A program made the translations under genes and the position numbers. Below are positions 12,451 through 25,000 of a stretch of DNA of 64,000 nt, one piece after another (positions within the stretch are counted from its first letter, which is position 1; every line of letters begins with the position of its first letter). Below the pieces are notes generated by a model. That model was not told where the DNA came from and made no database searches. It saw only the letters and a program-made list of their open reading frames with translations. Source of the DNA: Psammoneis japonica (Eukaryota); the NCBI GenBank assembly GCA_008632985.1, contig QPGO01000001.1, positions 900,404-964,403 of the forward strand, in the 5' to 3' direction.

Positions 12451-15300
12451 GGTGACGAAGACGAGGACGGAAAGTTAGACGTTGACGAGACATGGCTATA
12501 CCAAGCCACCGGCAGCGCAGTGAATGGCACTTACAATAATGTTGGAACTGTTGAGGCAAAATCCAGAGGACAAACGGTGGATGATGATGATTCCAGCTCC
12601 TACACTGCAGTCATTTCCAATCCTATTAGCATTGAAACTGTAACCAACGACGGTGATAATGTGGCAGTGGAAGAAGGTGAAGCTGTAACGTGGACGTTCT
12701 TTGTGTCCAACCTAGGAGACCAACCTCTCTCAGATGTTCAAGTGGTGGACAGCGGAGGCACGATCCCAACGCTCGTTGGTGGAGATGATAACAACAATGG
12801 CATCCTAGAGCCTGGTGAAGTATGGGTCTTCCAATCAGACGGACTAGCAGGTGGAGAACCATATTCCAACATCGGAACGGTCACTGCCATTTCCAACGGC
12901 GAAACGGTCACCGCAGCAGACCCAAGTTCTTATGTTGCGGAGAAACGAATTAAGATTGTTACGCGGACCAACGAAACGGACCACTTTGCCGCTGGTGTTG
13001 GTGAGGTCGTGCAGTGGACGTATATTGTGACGAATGAAGGCGACGTTTCTCTCTCCGACATTGAGGTGACGGATGACAAGGGTGCAACTCCGTCCTACTT
13101 ATCGGGTGACACCAATGGTAACGACGAGCTTGACCGCGGAGAGACATGGTTGTACGTAGCAAATGGTATCGTCGAACAGGAGGGCCCGTACAACAACACG
13201 GGAATTGTCTCAGCCAAATACAACGGAGTTGACGTCATATCTCGAGACCCGACTTCGCATGTCGGGTTTGCTTTTCCTAATATCCGAATCAACACTCGAA
13301 CAGAGGGAGGAGACGGGCGAATGGTCAGCGCCGGTGAGAACGTGGTCTTTACCTACGTTGTGAAAAACGTTGGTGACGTGCCTTTGTCCAACATCACCGT
13401 CACTGACAACAAGGGAGTAGTTCCACTCCTTGAGGAGGGTGACACCAATAACAATGGCATTCTTGACGTTGGCGAGCGATGGGTGTACAGAGCCGTCGGG
13501 ATTGCCGAAGAGGAACCATATGAGAACATAGGGTCAGTCACTGGCATGTTTGGTGACACAATGGTAGAAGACGACGACCCAAGCTCCTACACGGTTGATG
13601 TCCCGGCTGATTGCCAGGTGAGACTCATCGCCAAGACCAACGGAGGGGACGACAGAATTATCCTTCCCGGCGAAGCAATCACTTGGACATACAAGGTCAA
13701 GATCATAGGAAATGCTCCGGTTACCAACATTCAGATTAACGATGGTCAAGGCGTGACCATCAGATACGAGGAAGGCGACGACGATGGCGACGATATTCTT
13801 GACATAGACGAGGCATGGGTCTATGTTGCTACTGGAACAGCCACAACCGGCGAAACAAACACTTTTGCCACAGTCACAGCCACGTGCGACGACCAAGAAA
13901 TCTCTGCATCTGATGAAACGGATTACTTTATACCAGACATTGACATCGAGACGGAGGTGAATGGCCTAAATAGCGACACCGTGGAAGCTGGCGACGAAGC
14001 CATTATCACATACATAGTGACCAATCGTGGTAACGTACCCCTACGAAACATCATCTTCTCCGAAATCGATCAACGCATCTTTCCGGTTCTGCGGGAAGGT
14101 GGAGAAAACGGAGTGCTTCAGCCCAGCAACGTGGGTTTGGGAAGCGCGACAAACCGCAGGGTCGCCGGGCTTGACACAGCTTCGGGGTATGGTCAGCGGG
14201 CGCTATATTGTCGACGAATTGGGGATTGACATAGAAGTGAATGCGAACGACGAGAGTTCGTACTTTACCCCGGGCGATCAGGGATGCATGCCAAGTTTCT
14301 GGAGAGAAAACGATGCTGCTTGGGTAACCTACACACCAAACGAGAGGTTTGATATCGTGTTCGAGGTCAACGCAGAGGGCAACCGAGATCTCTTGGACGT
14401 CGTGTCGGAGACTGGCCAACCTAACGCCTTTGCCAGACACGCCGTGGCGGCCCTGCTCAACAGTGCTAATCCAAACATTGAGTATGGATTGTCACCAAAT
14501 CAAGTCATTGACCTCTTCCAGGACGGATGGTTCAACAATGACTTTGAGACAGAGCTAGAGATCTTTCAGAGTATGAACGGAGCGTCTTGTCCCTTCATTG
14601 GAGAAGATCCAGAAGGACCAAGAGATTGAAAAAACAAGACATGTGAGCATCATTGACATTATAAAAGAGAAGGGTCCATCTTAATTCATGAATGAACTTA
14701 CCTTCAAAGCGCTCTTCCGCTCCATCCGTCCCGCAAAATGATGTGTTCTTGAGCCTTGAGCATCGCGCCCATGTTCCGGCACCGGAGAAAGCACCTAGAG
14801 GACAAGACACTGAAGTGCCAAGGCAGTGAGGGTCGTTTGCATGTGTTTAAAAGAGAATACCACCCCCCATCAGGATTTAACTTTCCTCTAATGCGTCCCA
14901 CCTCCGCTGATATTGAAGCACTCCACAACAAGCGAAAAGCGAAATGTGTTGTGATCAGGTTTTCTGAAAAGCAAAAATCGCACTCGTTTGCACAGAATTC
15001 CAAAGAGAAAGCCCAATCCAATATCAACACTATATGACAAGACTCGAAAATGGGGATACAATTATTGTATCCACAGTCCAGGTGCTGTCGTATTCGTTGC
15101 CGTTCGTCATGGTGACAAGCCGAATGGTGTATCATACTGTTGTTGCGTCTTCGCCCAGAATTCCAAAATTCTGTTGGGTAATGACGCATGTGTACCGGTA
15201 GTAGATAAATATCTACGTCAATTTTCTGGTATATCGAGTTTTGTACCAGAGCTACGGAGGACGCCACGAGCCACGCGACGAAACAGATGATGCGGCTGCA

Positions 15301-15771
15301 TGCCGCCGCTTTTCTCGTTCGTCCTTCGGTCGACCCGGATTGGGAGGCTAGGCAGCAAGTGGGACAGGTGGTTAGGAGTGGAGAGTGCTTTACTAGAGTG
15401 CACATGACGCCTCTCCAAATCCCAAGCTGGATGGCAGGGCCAGAGGGCGGGAGAGGTGGGAGCGATTAAAACTGTCTGGTTGTTGCTTTGCTCTTCGGAA
15501 GAATGAGAGGTGCAACAGGGAAACAAATCGTCCCGAGGTCAGAGAGTCATTTTCAACGGTTTTTCTGTGGGGTGCCGATGACCAACGGTCATGGGCCCCT
15601 CTCGTCCATTGGACTTTTCAAGGACAGCGGCTGCCACTGCTTTTCTCGTTCGTCCTTCGGTCGACCCAGATTGGGAGGCTGGGCAGTGAGTGGGACAGGT
15701 GGTCAGGAGTGGAGAGTGCTTTGCCAGTGCACATGATGCCTCTCCAAATCCCAAGCTGGATGACAGGGCCA
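15301..15771. repeat. Pair of ~140-bp direct repeats (15301-15442 and 15632-15771)
   Basis: Shared ttttctcgttcgtccttcggtcgaccc...ctctccaaatcccaagctggatg; offset 331 bp. Confidence 0.95.
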
Positions 15772-15858
15772 CCAGCGCCTCCCATTGGCGACATGGAGTC
15801 GGAACGGGCCACGAGTCTTGGGTGGGTGGGTGAGCCCGGCTAGCGGGCTGGTGGTGAA

Positions 15859-16800
15859 TCACGGAGGTTCCGGATGAACGGGAACCTCCGCGCTTGGGTG
15901 GAGGACGAAGTCTCCACCCTCCAACATGCGTCTGGCGAAGTTGCGCATGATGGGTTCTGCCTGGAGATGAAGGCAACGAAGCATCTCGTCCAATCGCCAC
16001 TGGCTCAAGAGCCAGATGATGTCGGTGTCAACACGGGCGCAAAGCAATGCCATGGCGCCGGCAGCTCGGAGACAACGGGCCGAAACATCAGCGGGGTTGA
16101 AACCCAGGTTGGCGGGGCCAATGGCAACGACAGCGGTGCACAGCACGGAGGAGATGTCTGCCAGTGAAACACGATGCCATTGATGATTGGCAAAAGAAAC
16201 TCCCAGCGGGGTGTCTGGGAGCGCTCCATGAGCGCGAAGGTGCTTGACGCGCTCAATGAGAGCGAGGACAGGGCAAAGTTGGGGATGGCCAGAGCGGCCT
16301 AAACCAAGAACTTTGCCACGGATGCCATTCTTTTGATTGGTGAACGCAAGTGTCACAAAGGTGGCAGCATCAAGTTGGGCATCAGTGGCTGTCCAAATGT
16401 CAAGGCAAACACCGCCCGAGGAGAGCCGTGCGTCAGCGAGGCGGAAGGGGGTGGTGTCGGATGGGGTGGCGGTGCATTCGCCAGGCCGAAGGAGAAAAAA
16501 GCAAGCCAGTGCAATCATGCTGGCAATGGCTTTTGCTCTCATGTGGGGTGTGATTGCGACGGTGTGGAGTGTCCAAAAAAGGACTGCAATGGGGACCGGT
16601 TTGACCCGGTTGGGTGGAGGATCCTCTTTCTTGTGATGGCAGATTTGTCGGCCAAGGCGGAAGTCCAATTGGCCTTGGGATGTGAGTCGGGGGTCTTGGG
16701 TCCCCACTGCCACGAACATTTGCCCAACCTGATGCACGGCATCTTCAGCAGTGCGTGCGCGGATGGGATTTCCACGGGGGCAATGGCGCCAGTCCGGCAC
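15859..16800 (-). pseudogene. Tyrosine recombinase, catalytic Tyr replaced by Cys
   Basis: FFLLRPGEC, FTNQKNG, LCPVLAL, SARCLRAAGAMALL, QWRLDEMLRCLH (expected GRWxSDxxxRYL). Confidence 0.9.
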
Positions 16801-16968
16801 CGATGTGGGAAGACTTGAAGGTAGACGACGGGGTCGGAAACGTCTTCGAGGAGTGGGTCGAGGGCCAGTTGGGTGCAGAAATTGGACCAGAGACTCCAGT
16901 GGGTGTCAGCGGCGGAGGATCTTGAAGCAGTGACACCGTGGGCAACGGCATGCTGCACAGCGCTGACA

Positions 16969-18454
16969 TCACGAATGAACGCAGCGCGGGTGGTGGGGCC
17001 CACATTCGCCAGGAGGAGATCTGTGGACAAGCAGAGTCAAAATGGTGCAAGAAATCAGAGTTGGAGAGGCGTTGCATGCAAGAAGCGTCATCTGCTGCGC
17101 CGCTGAGGCAGCCGGGGAGATGGTCGTGGAGGCCAATGTGACGGTGATGGCGCTGGTGGTGGGCTTGGCCCAGGAGGAGATGGGAGGCTGGTTCAATGGT
17201 CGTGCTGGCTCCTTTGCGTTGCTGAAACATGGTGTCGAGGTCATGGTGCAGGAAAGGAAAGTTCGTTCCCTGATGTCGCAGCAACCCGCAATGGCACAGG
17301 ACTGAATGAAGCTGCCTGCGAGCTCAAGGTCGGTGTTGGTGATGGGACCTTTGGGATTCTCGCAGGTGGCAAGGCTGGCGGTTGCGTCCTTGGGAAAGGG
17401 CATGCGCCACACAATGGGGCCCAGGCGTGTGTGAGGGCGGACACGTCCGGTGCCAGTGCGGAGTTGAGTGGCCCGTGGTGCAGCTGTGGGAGTCGGCAGC
17501 AGGACGCCACCGGCACCATGGCCGGCTGCGTCGTGACAACCACCAACAGCAGGTTCCAACGGGACCAGCTCTTGAATGCGGGTGGGACGTGCATCCAGCA
17601 TTGTGCAGAGGTCTCGAAAATCATCGAGAATGGTGTGCATGTTCTCCGCAAGCCGGAGGCGTGCGTCAGGTGCAGCATGGCAGAGATTCGCCTGCAGAAC
17701 GGAGAAAAGTCTTCGGGCTCTGGGCAAGGCAACAGCGAGTGAACACAATTCGCCCAAGAGCTTCTGGCAATCAAGGACAGTGGTGTGGCGGCGGCTCCGG
17801 GGAAAGTCTTGGTGCAGTGTTTGGCGAAGGCGCTCTCGGCAGCGTGGTGTTAGCCGCAAGGTCATCGACTGAGTGTCGATCAACCAGCCGAGGACCTCCT
17901 TCTGTGTGGACCACGTTGCATCGCCCTTGCGGAGATTTTTGACGGATGTGGGCTCCTTGCGAGTGGGCAAGTCAAGGGAATCGGCAGGGCGAAAGATGTC
18001 GTCGATGGCATGCATGACAACTTGGTGTGCATTGCGGCGGGCAGTCTCATCGCCCTGTGCTGCACCGATGAAGTCGTCAACACAAACGTCGATGTATGTC
18101 GTGCATGTCTTCCTGCAAAAAATCGATGTGCTCGCAAGCGGACTTGTGTGGCCCCCTGGTGACACTTGCTTCTAGCTCTTCGGCTGTCCACAGTGAATCG
18201 GCAACTGTGATGGGCGCTCCCCGTGTTCGGCAGTGGCGCAAGAGCCTGTGGGCTGGATGCCCTGCGGCCTTGTGGAGCTGACCCCAGTCTCCTCTCTTCC
18301 TGCGACGGTGAAGGAGGTAACTGAGACCTTTTTGACGAAGCACAAAAGCATCCTTGAGAATTTGCTCACCCAATTTATCCAGCTCAGAGTTGGCAATGGT
18401 CTGCCCATGAAGAGTGGGACGACCATGGCTCTGCTGAGCATGCAGATTCTCCAC
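16969..18454 (-). pseudogene. RT/RNase H of the YR retrotransposon, internally deleted and frameshifted
   Basis: RGPHKSA..H..FL; YIDVCVDDFIG; KEVLGWLIDT; RNase H CHDAAGHGAGGV and ITNTDLELAG. Confidence 0.85.
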
Positions 18455-18544
18455 CTGCGGGGGTGGCGGGTCTGGAGCCGTCGCCAGTTCCAGATGAAAA
18501 GGCTCTCGGCAGTCGGTCCCCGAACCGATGCCGCTGCCGAATTC

Positions 18545-20340
18545 TCATTCGGTCCTCCAATGCTCCATGGCCCACTCCAGGAGCGCAGCCTGCTCTGCAT
18601 TGGTGTGGCATCCGTGATGGTCATTGTGGGAACCACAGCTGGTGTTGCATTGGTGCTTGATGTGGCAGGGGAGGCAACGGGCAGCGCCATTTGAGTCAAT
18701 GGGCAAGGCAATGTTGTTGCGAGTGCAGCGCTGCTTGACATCACGTCATTGCATGTTTGGGCAGTCACGAATGGCAGAAAAACGGTCATCACAGTTCTCG
18801 TTGCAGACAATGGAATTGTCGCCCGGAGTCTGAGCTTGCCCAGCAGGTGCGGGTGCAGGTGCTTGGGCCGATCCCGGATGCTGAAGCGGTCCCGTCGGGC
18901 CGCATGTTGGTGGGGCTTGGGGTCAGACGGCGATCGGCAGTGGACGCTGCCAATTCATGGTGCCCTTGGCCGCCTCGCAGACAATGTTCTTGGGCGTGAA
19001 TGGAGTGGGATTGTGCATGGATTCTTGATCCTCAAACCAATGATGGATTTCGATCTGGACATGGCGCTGGAAATCTGCAGGCAGCGCAGGGCAGTGCGTC
19101 ATCTGCAGTGCAAGATCATTGGCGCAAACGTCCACAGAGCGGCGAAGGTCCATGAGGCAATGGACGACCAGGTGGGCAGCGCCTGAGGCCGCAGACAGGA
19201 CCACCTGGAGTCCATCAAGTGGGTGTTGGACCGCCTGCATGGTGGTGGCAACCTTCGCATCGTCCGGTGCTTCAAGGACCATGGTGTTGGATGGGGAGGG
19301 CGTGCCCATTCCACCATGAATTTGGCGGCACATGGCCACACGGTGCGCAATCTGTTCCGCCTGTTGAGGAGTGGCAAGTCCAAAAATGAAAGGATTGACA
19401 CCTTGGGTGAGATCATCTTCATTGTGTCCGGCCAATGAGAGTTGAACAAGTTTGGTGACCATGCTGACTGAGATTGGGACCTCAAAGCACACGTTTTGTG
19501 CCTGGCGTTGCTCGTCCACAGCATTCTGCACTGCAGTGATCGGCCCAGTCTTGGGTGCAGCGGCCAAACGTTGCCACAAGGGCGGAAGCTGATTCTCTTG
19601 ATGCACCTGGCACAATCTCATGAGTTTTGTGACACCGTGTTCTCCGCAGAACTGCACCGGCGTCTTTCCGCAATTGGCAGCCTGTTGGTGGGCTTGGGCA
19701 TCCAAACGCTGTTGCCGCTGTTCCGTGGTGAGGTCGTTGACAGTGCGAATGATCAGCTGGAACTGCGGTCCCGGCACAGCCGGTGCCTTGAGTCCAGGAA
19801 GGTTGTGCTGCACGCGTTGGTCAAAGAAACGAATCAGATGCTCGTCAGGCAGTTGAGGGACAGTGGGCCACTCTGTGCAAACCGCCGACTCCTCGCCATT
19901 GGCTTGCGTCGCGACACATGCGATGCGCAAAAAATCCAGAAGTGCCCAGCAATCGGCCACTTTGTTGGCTGCGTCAAGCGCTCCACACATGCGAGTGCAT
20001 GCCTCCTCAGGGGTCAACGGCTCTGGCAGGAGCAGCTTGACCAAATCGAATGGTGCGAACATGGTTCCTCTCGTCCGACGTCCGAACCTCCTCTGAGTCC
20101 GCATTGTTTGCTGCTGCAGCCGGGTGCAACCCATTGGGCGTGGCGATGATGTGGGTTGCCAGAGCCACATCAGTGGGAACCCAAGTCCCTTGTGCGGCCA
20201 ACGCAAAATGCGCATCCGGGGGTGTCGCAACGGTGTGCTGTCCTTGGCGCAGGTTGCCGACGATCGTGAACTTCTGACCATCCCATGGCTGGGGTGGCCC
20301 TGCGACCGTGGTTGGATGCAGAGCAATGCGATGGCAGACA
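18545..20340 (-). pseudogene. Gag-like ORF1 of the YR retrotransposon
   Basis: Long ORF 18923-20473 (LMRLCQV...LPPLWQRLA). A downstream frame gives a C-terminal Cys/His motif CLPCHIKHQCNTSCGSHNDH ending at about 18545. Confidence 0.7.
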
Positions 20341-22686
20341 TGAGTTTGTCATCAATCATTCTCAAAGCACTCCTGCGACACACGGTTGTCTCTTCACTCT
20401 TGGATTGCCTTGACACCCACACAGCAAAGACATGGATTTGACAGAAGTGAGTGAGCAAAACATTTCCTCCCATGCTTCAATGGCTGATGTCACACGCTGT
20501 CCAAGCTGCAGCAATGGTGACTCTGACAACAGTGTGAATGAGCACCCAGCACTTGAAAAGAAGCAACCTGCCATGGTGGCAACCCCGCTGCCAAGCGCCA
20601 TGAAATCAACATGCTTCAGAGCATCTTCATTGCACAGTGCTGTCCAACAACTGTTGTTGAGGATGTTGTTGGGCAATTGGCCACAATCATTGATGGGAGC
20701 ATGCACTGATTGTCAATCACATGAGTGCCACCAGCTGCATGGCACTCTCCCCCCAGTCTTGCAGACTGGGGCCTGTTCAGCCTGTGGCAGTGCAGCATCA
20801 CAAGTCACAAGCACCTGACACTGTGGGTTGTGGTTGTCATCTCAGAGAAAGCAGAGACTGCTGTTGTCAGCAGCTCATTTGTCCTGTCATGATGTTTGGT
20901 GAAGAAGTTGAAAATCGTTCCAGGAATCTTGCAAAAGTTGGAAAATTGAAGAGGAGGACTGAAGGATGAGGAATGAAGAGGAGGTGAGTTGCTCGTTCAA
21001 CATGTTTGATCCTGTCAGTGACTTCACTTAAAGCCAATTGCAGGAATCAATCCAATTCAGCCAAAGATTCTCAGCAGAAGGAGCTGCAAAGAAGAAAAAA
21101 TGAAGAGAATGAGAAAGGACCCAGCTTTGCACCACCTTTGTGTTGAGCATTTGCAGCTTGCTGAAAAGTCATGTGCTCATGAGCAAGAATCAGAGAAGAT
21201 GGGTGACACTGCTGGCAGGAAGCAAAAAAGAATGAATGACGATGCAACTGGAAGGAAGCAGAGAAGAGCAGATGATGACGACCTTGCCAATGTGGGAAAG
21301 AAAGATTTGGCACATGAAGAACATCTGGGATCAAGCAAGAAAAGCAAGGCCCCAGAAAGTGAAGCACAGATCAATCAAAAGAGGCAAGCAGTTGCAATTG
21401 ATGCTGCTGCCCAACCAATCAAATTTGCACCAAACCCCATCGCCCAACCCACCAAAAGGCACCCCAATTTGCCAGCAATGGAAAAAGACCATCAGAACAA
21501 AGCAGGCCTGTTGGTCAGAGAAACTGTGTCAAAGGCCACAGGAGCCACAAACCAAACAACTGACCAGCAAGGGAGTGCAGCAGTCAAGCTGTCAGCAATG
21601 TCCAAGAAAACCAAAATCTTGGCAGCTCAGCCTGTGGATGCCAAGACTCAGAAAGACACAGAGCTGAAACCAAGAAACCTGAAGTCTCAGCATGCACCAG
21701 CAATTGCAAAGAAGCAGAAAAGCTTGGGAAGTGTTGAGGCAGTTCATTTGGGTGCAAGTGCAGAATTGGAAGCCAAGAACAACAGCAATGTGGGTGGTGC
21801 GGTTGCATCTGTCTTTTGCCACAAGTTTGTCCTTCTTGTTTTGGCATTGATGTTTGCCACTTTTTGCTGCTGCAGTTTGGGACCTCCAGTGCTGGGGCAA
21901 CAGGAAGTCAAATTGATTGACATGGTGCAAGAACAAGGGGAATCCATTCAAGACAATTGCAGCAAGATGTGTGACAATGCCAGTGGGAAGCACAAAAAGA
22001 GCAGGTGACAACCTGGCCAATGCGGAGAAGGAAGATTTGACATGTGGAGAACTTGTGGAATCAATGAAGGAAACCAAGGCCACAGAAGGCAAAGCACAGC
22101 TCACCCAAGATGGGCAAGCAGTTGTGACTGATGCCATTGCCCAACTGGAACATCTGCTGATTTGCTGGCACAGTTTAACCAAGAAGCATTTGTGCCAAAG
22201 CCTGTTGCCCAACCCGCCAAAACACATCCTGTGTTATAAAGTCACTTCAGCATCCAAAGTGAGGGTCAATCTTGACTCTGAACCCATCAACAGCATCTCT
22301 GAGTCAGAGTCATTTGCTCAGAAACCACCTGCCAAGGTGGCATCTGTCAACAGTGGCTCTGAATCTGAGTCTTTTTTACCACAAAGCCATCCTCCAAGTC
22401 AACTGCCAGTCTCAAATCTAGCTCTGCATCAGTGACCCATGGAAAAGGCCTTGAGTTGCAGGTCATCAAACCCCACCATCTCATGGCATGCGCACATCTG
22501 CAAACATTGGTTGACCCCCCCTCCAGATTGAAGTCAACATTCACTTGTTGGGAGTGCAACAATTTTGTTTGTTTTCACCATCATGATTGGCACATTTCAC
22601 ACTTGTTGCTCCCAGACACATTTCACTCAATGTGCACTTGTTGACTTGGATGCCAACATGCCAAGTGACATGGCAGCATTGCTCTC

Positions 22687-23050
22687 TCATCTCTGAACAG
22701 CTGCATTTCATTCCAACTGAAACATGTTTGTTTTCACATTGTGCAAGCATTTCTGCCAAAAGCGCTGCATTTCCGTCCATGATGTGGGCCAATCATTTGG
22801 CAAAATTTTCACCTTTTTCTGTTTCCCCCTCAAAACCCAACCTCACTGTCGACTCGCCACAATGTCATCTCTGAATGAATGAGTGCATTTTGTTCCAACT
22901 GAAACATGTTTGTTTTCACATTGGACATGGCATTTCTGCCAAAAGCGCTGCATTTCCATCTTCATGACCAGTGTCAATCATTCAGCAAAATTTTCACTTT
23001 TTCTGTTTCCCCCTAAAAACCCCATCCTCACCACTGACTCCTCACAATGT
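22687..23050. repeat. Diverged tandem repeat of about 180 bp, 2 copies
   Basis: ttccaactgaaacatgtttgttttcacatt...catttctgccaaaagcgctgcatttcc occurs at about 22711 and 22893. Confidence 0.9.
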
Positions 23051-25000
23051 TCCATTTGCAGCATTTGTCTGACTGATCATGTGCAGGGCATTTGTCCCTT
23101 CCACTTGTGATCTGCAGATTCAATTCCCCATGTTTTTTGTGCATCAGCACAGATCCACGAAAGTGGCACGACAAGGAGTCTGTCGGATTCCTGTGCAAGA
23201 CTGCACTGCGTGCATCATCACGAGCTGCCAAACAACTCTGCACCACCATGACAATGAAATGCAATGGCATTGATGCTCAATCCATCTTTTGTGAAGCACA
23301 CACAGTCACCACAACACAGCACCAACAATGAAAAAAAGAACAGGTGTCCTTTGACACAAGCGGCAAGTTTGTGATTTTGATTGTTGAGATGGCTCGTCAA
23401 TGAATTGGCAGCAAAACACGCCTTCAGCATGGGATGCACTGCATCTGATGACACATGTGCATTGTCATGGTCATCTCATGTGACTCATTGGTGATTTGCA
23501 CTCCACGGGACTCGGAAATTGACACCCGAATGTGCCGCATCATGGTCGTCACAGTCGATCGACGACTTGAGAGGTCAATGAAAGCACATTTTCCTGGTGC
23601 ATGAGCCACATGGAAATCACGCAGAAAAATGGTTCTTGTTCATTGGAGCCAACAGAGTGCAACTTTTCTCATGATGACACCCAGTTTTAACCATTTGCAT
23701 GATCAGAAAGCCCTTTTTCTCTGCTTTTCAGCAATGTGATTTTGCAAAAAGTTAAAAAAAATGACAAGAAGGCACTTTTTTCATCCTGCGGTTCACACAA
23801 TGTTCAGACATCAATGAGGCACATGGTTGAATTGGATGGAGAATCTTTTAAATTCAAACAAAGATGTGCAGCCAAACAAAAAAACACAGGGAAAGCACCC
23901 TTTTCAAGCAAGGAACAAACACAAAGAGGGGAAAAGAACAACCGTCGCATGCACATCATCTGCAAGACTCAGCCACATCCATCACCTCACTTCAGTGCAC
24001 CGCACTTCAGCACACACTGGAAAAATCACTTCAGCAGCAGCAGAGGATGATGGTCATTGTAGAGCAGCAGACAACAAGCTCCACCAAATGGATGGCGCAG
24101 CGACACATTCGACGACAAGGAAATGGATGGAGCAGGCATGCTCTGCAGAGATTGCTTGTGTTGACATCCAAAACAATGTGGGTGCATCCAGCAAGAAGAG
24201 AAAGGTTGTCAGGACACTCAAGCATTTCATGGCAGCAAAGCCAAAAAACATTGATGGAAACGTGGGACTGCAGAAGTGCAAGACACCAAGGAAAAGCAAA
24301 GGGTGGTCACCAAAGGCCAACAAGTTTTTTGTTGACATGGTCACAAAGATCAAGCAAGATGTTGCAAGCGAACACCTCGGCCAGTGGGAAGAGCTCTGCA
24401 GAGCCATCACAACTGAGCAAGATCAATGGGCAGCACAAGGAGCACAGGATGGCTTGGATGATGAAGGCAACCACCAGGTCAACTGTGCCAAAATCTACAA
24501 ACTGGAGTTGGCGGCAATTTGGTCGAGACCAACTTGGCAGCAATGACTTGCATTCACACTCATCGACAATCGCTTGCAGCAGAGACATGCAACAAATGGA
24601 TGGGACAATAGAGAACATTGTTTGAACATGCCAGTCAACTGATTGACTTCAACAGCAAAGATTGAAAATGAACCCAAACACTGCATTCAGTTGTCACCCA
24701 GTCGGCGATGACAAGCCAAGTGAAATCCCGTAAAGCAACTCATTTGGAGTTGCAAACTGATTGGGTTGCACCTCACTCATTGTGATCCACAACTGTTTGT
24801 TGATGTCCCCAGACATTCCTTGGTTTGCATGGACATTTTTCTTCATTTTCAATCACACCCATTTGTGGCAAAGGTGTGATTCATGTCAAATGGCAATGAT
24901 TTGTCATAAACAAATTTGTGTGCCAACACTCACAAATGCCATCTGCAACATTGTCCATTGGTTTGACCACAAGACAATTCATGGAAATGGGCCTCTGATG

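Larger units (their letters stand above)
10840..14629 (+). pseudogene. 5'-truncated, frameshifted surface protein with a Pro/Ser/Thr linker and tandem DUF11/DUF7507-like repeats
   Basis: Recurring unit VTWTYxVTNxGNVPLxNxxVxDD...GDxNxxxxLDVGETWxY (about 8 copies); PSxxPT mucin-like tract; C-terminal GCMPSFW...ARHAVAALLNS domain. Frameshifts near 10.9-11.0 kb, 11280, 12290 and 14125. The first unit begins mid-domain (AVTWKYTVTNTGN) at about 10840. Confidence 0.8.
15301..20340 (-). mobile_element. Tyrosine-recombinase retrotransposon (DIRS/Ngaro-type), 5'-truncated and hypermutated
   Basis: Order is gag-like ORF, RT/RNase H, YR, then split direct repeats at the 3' end (B1-A2-B2-like). No A1 copy found upstream in the window. 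Confidence 0.9.

Noticed and set aside
15301..15771. Classical RIP, or CpG deamination alone
   Set aside because: RIP creates TA rather than removing it. CpG decay cannot turn TAC/TAT into TGC/CAC, and CpG persists in TA-free tracts.
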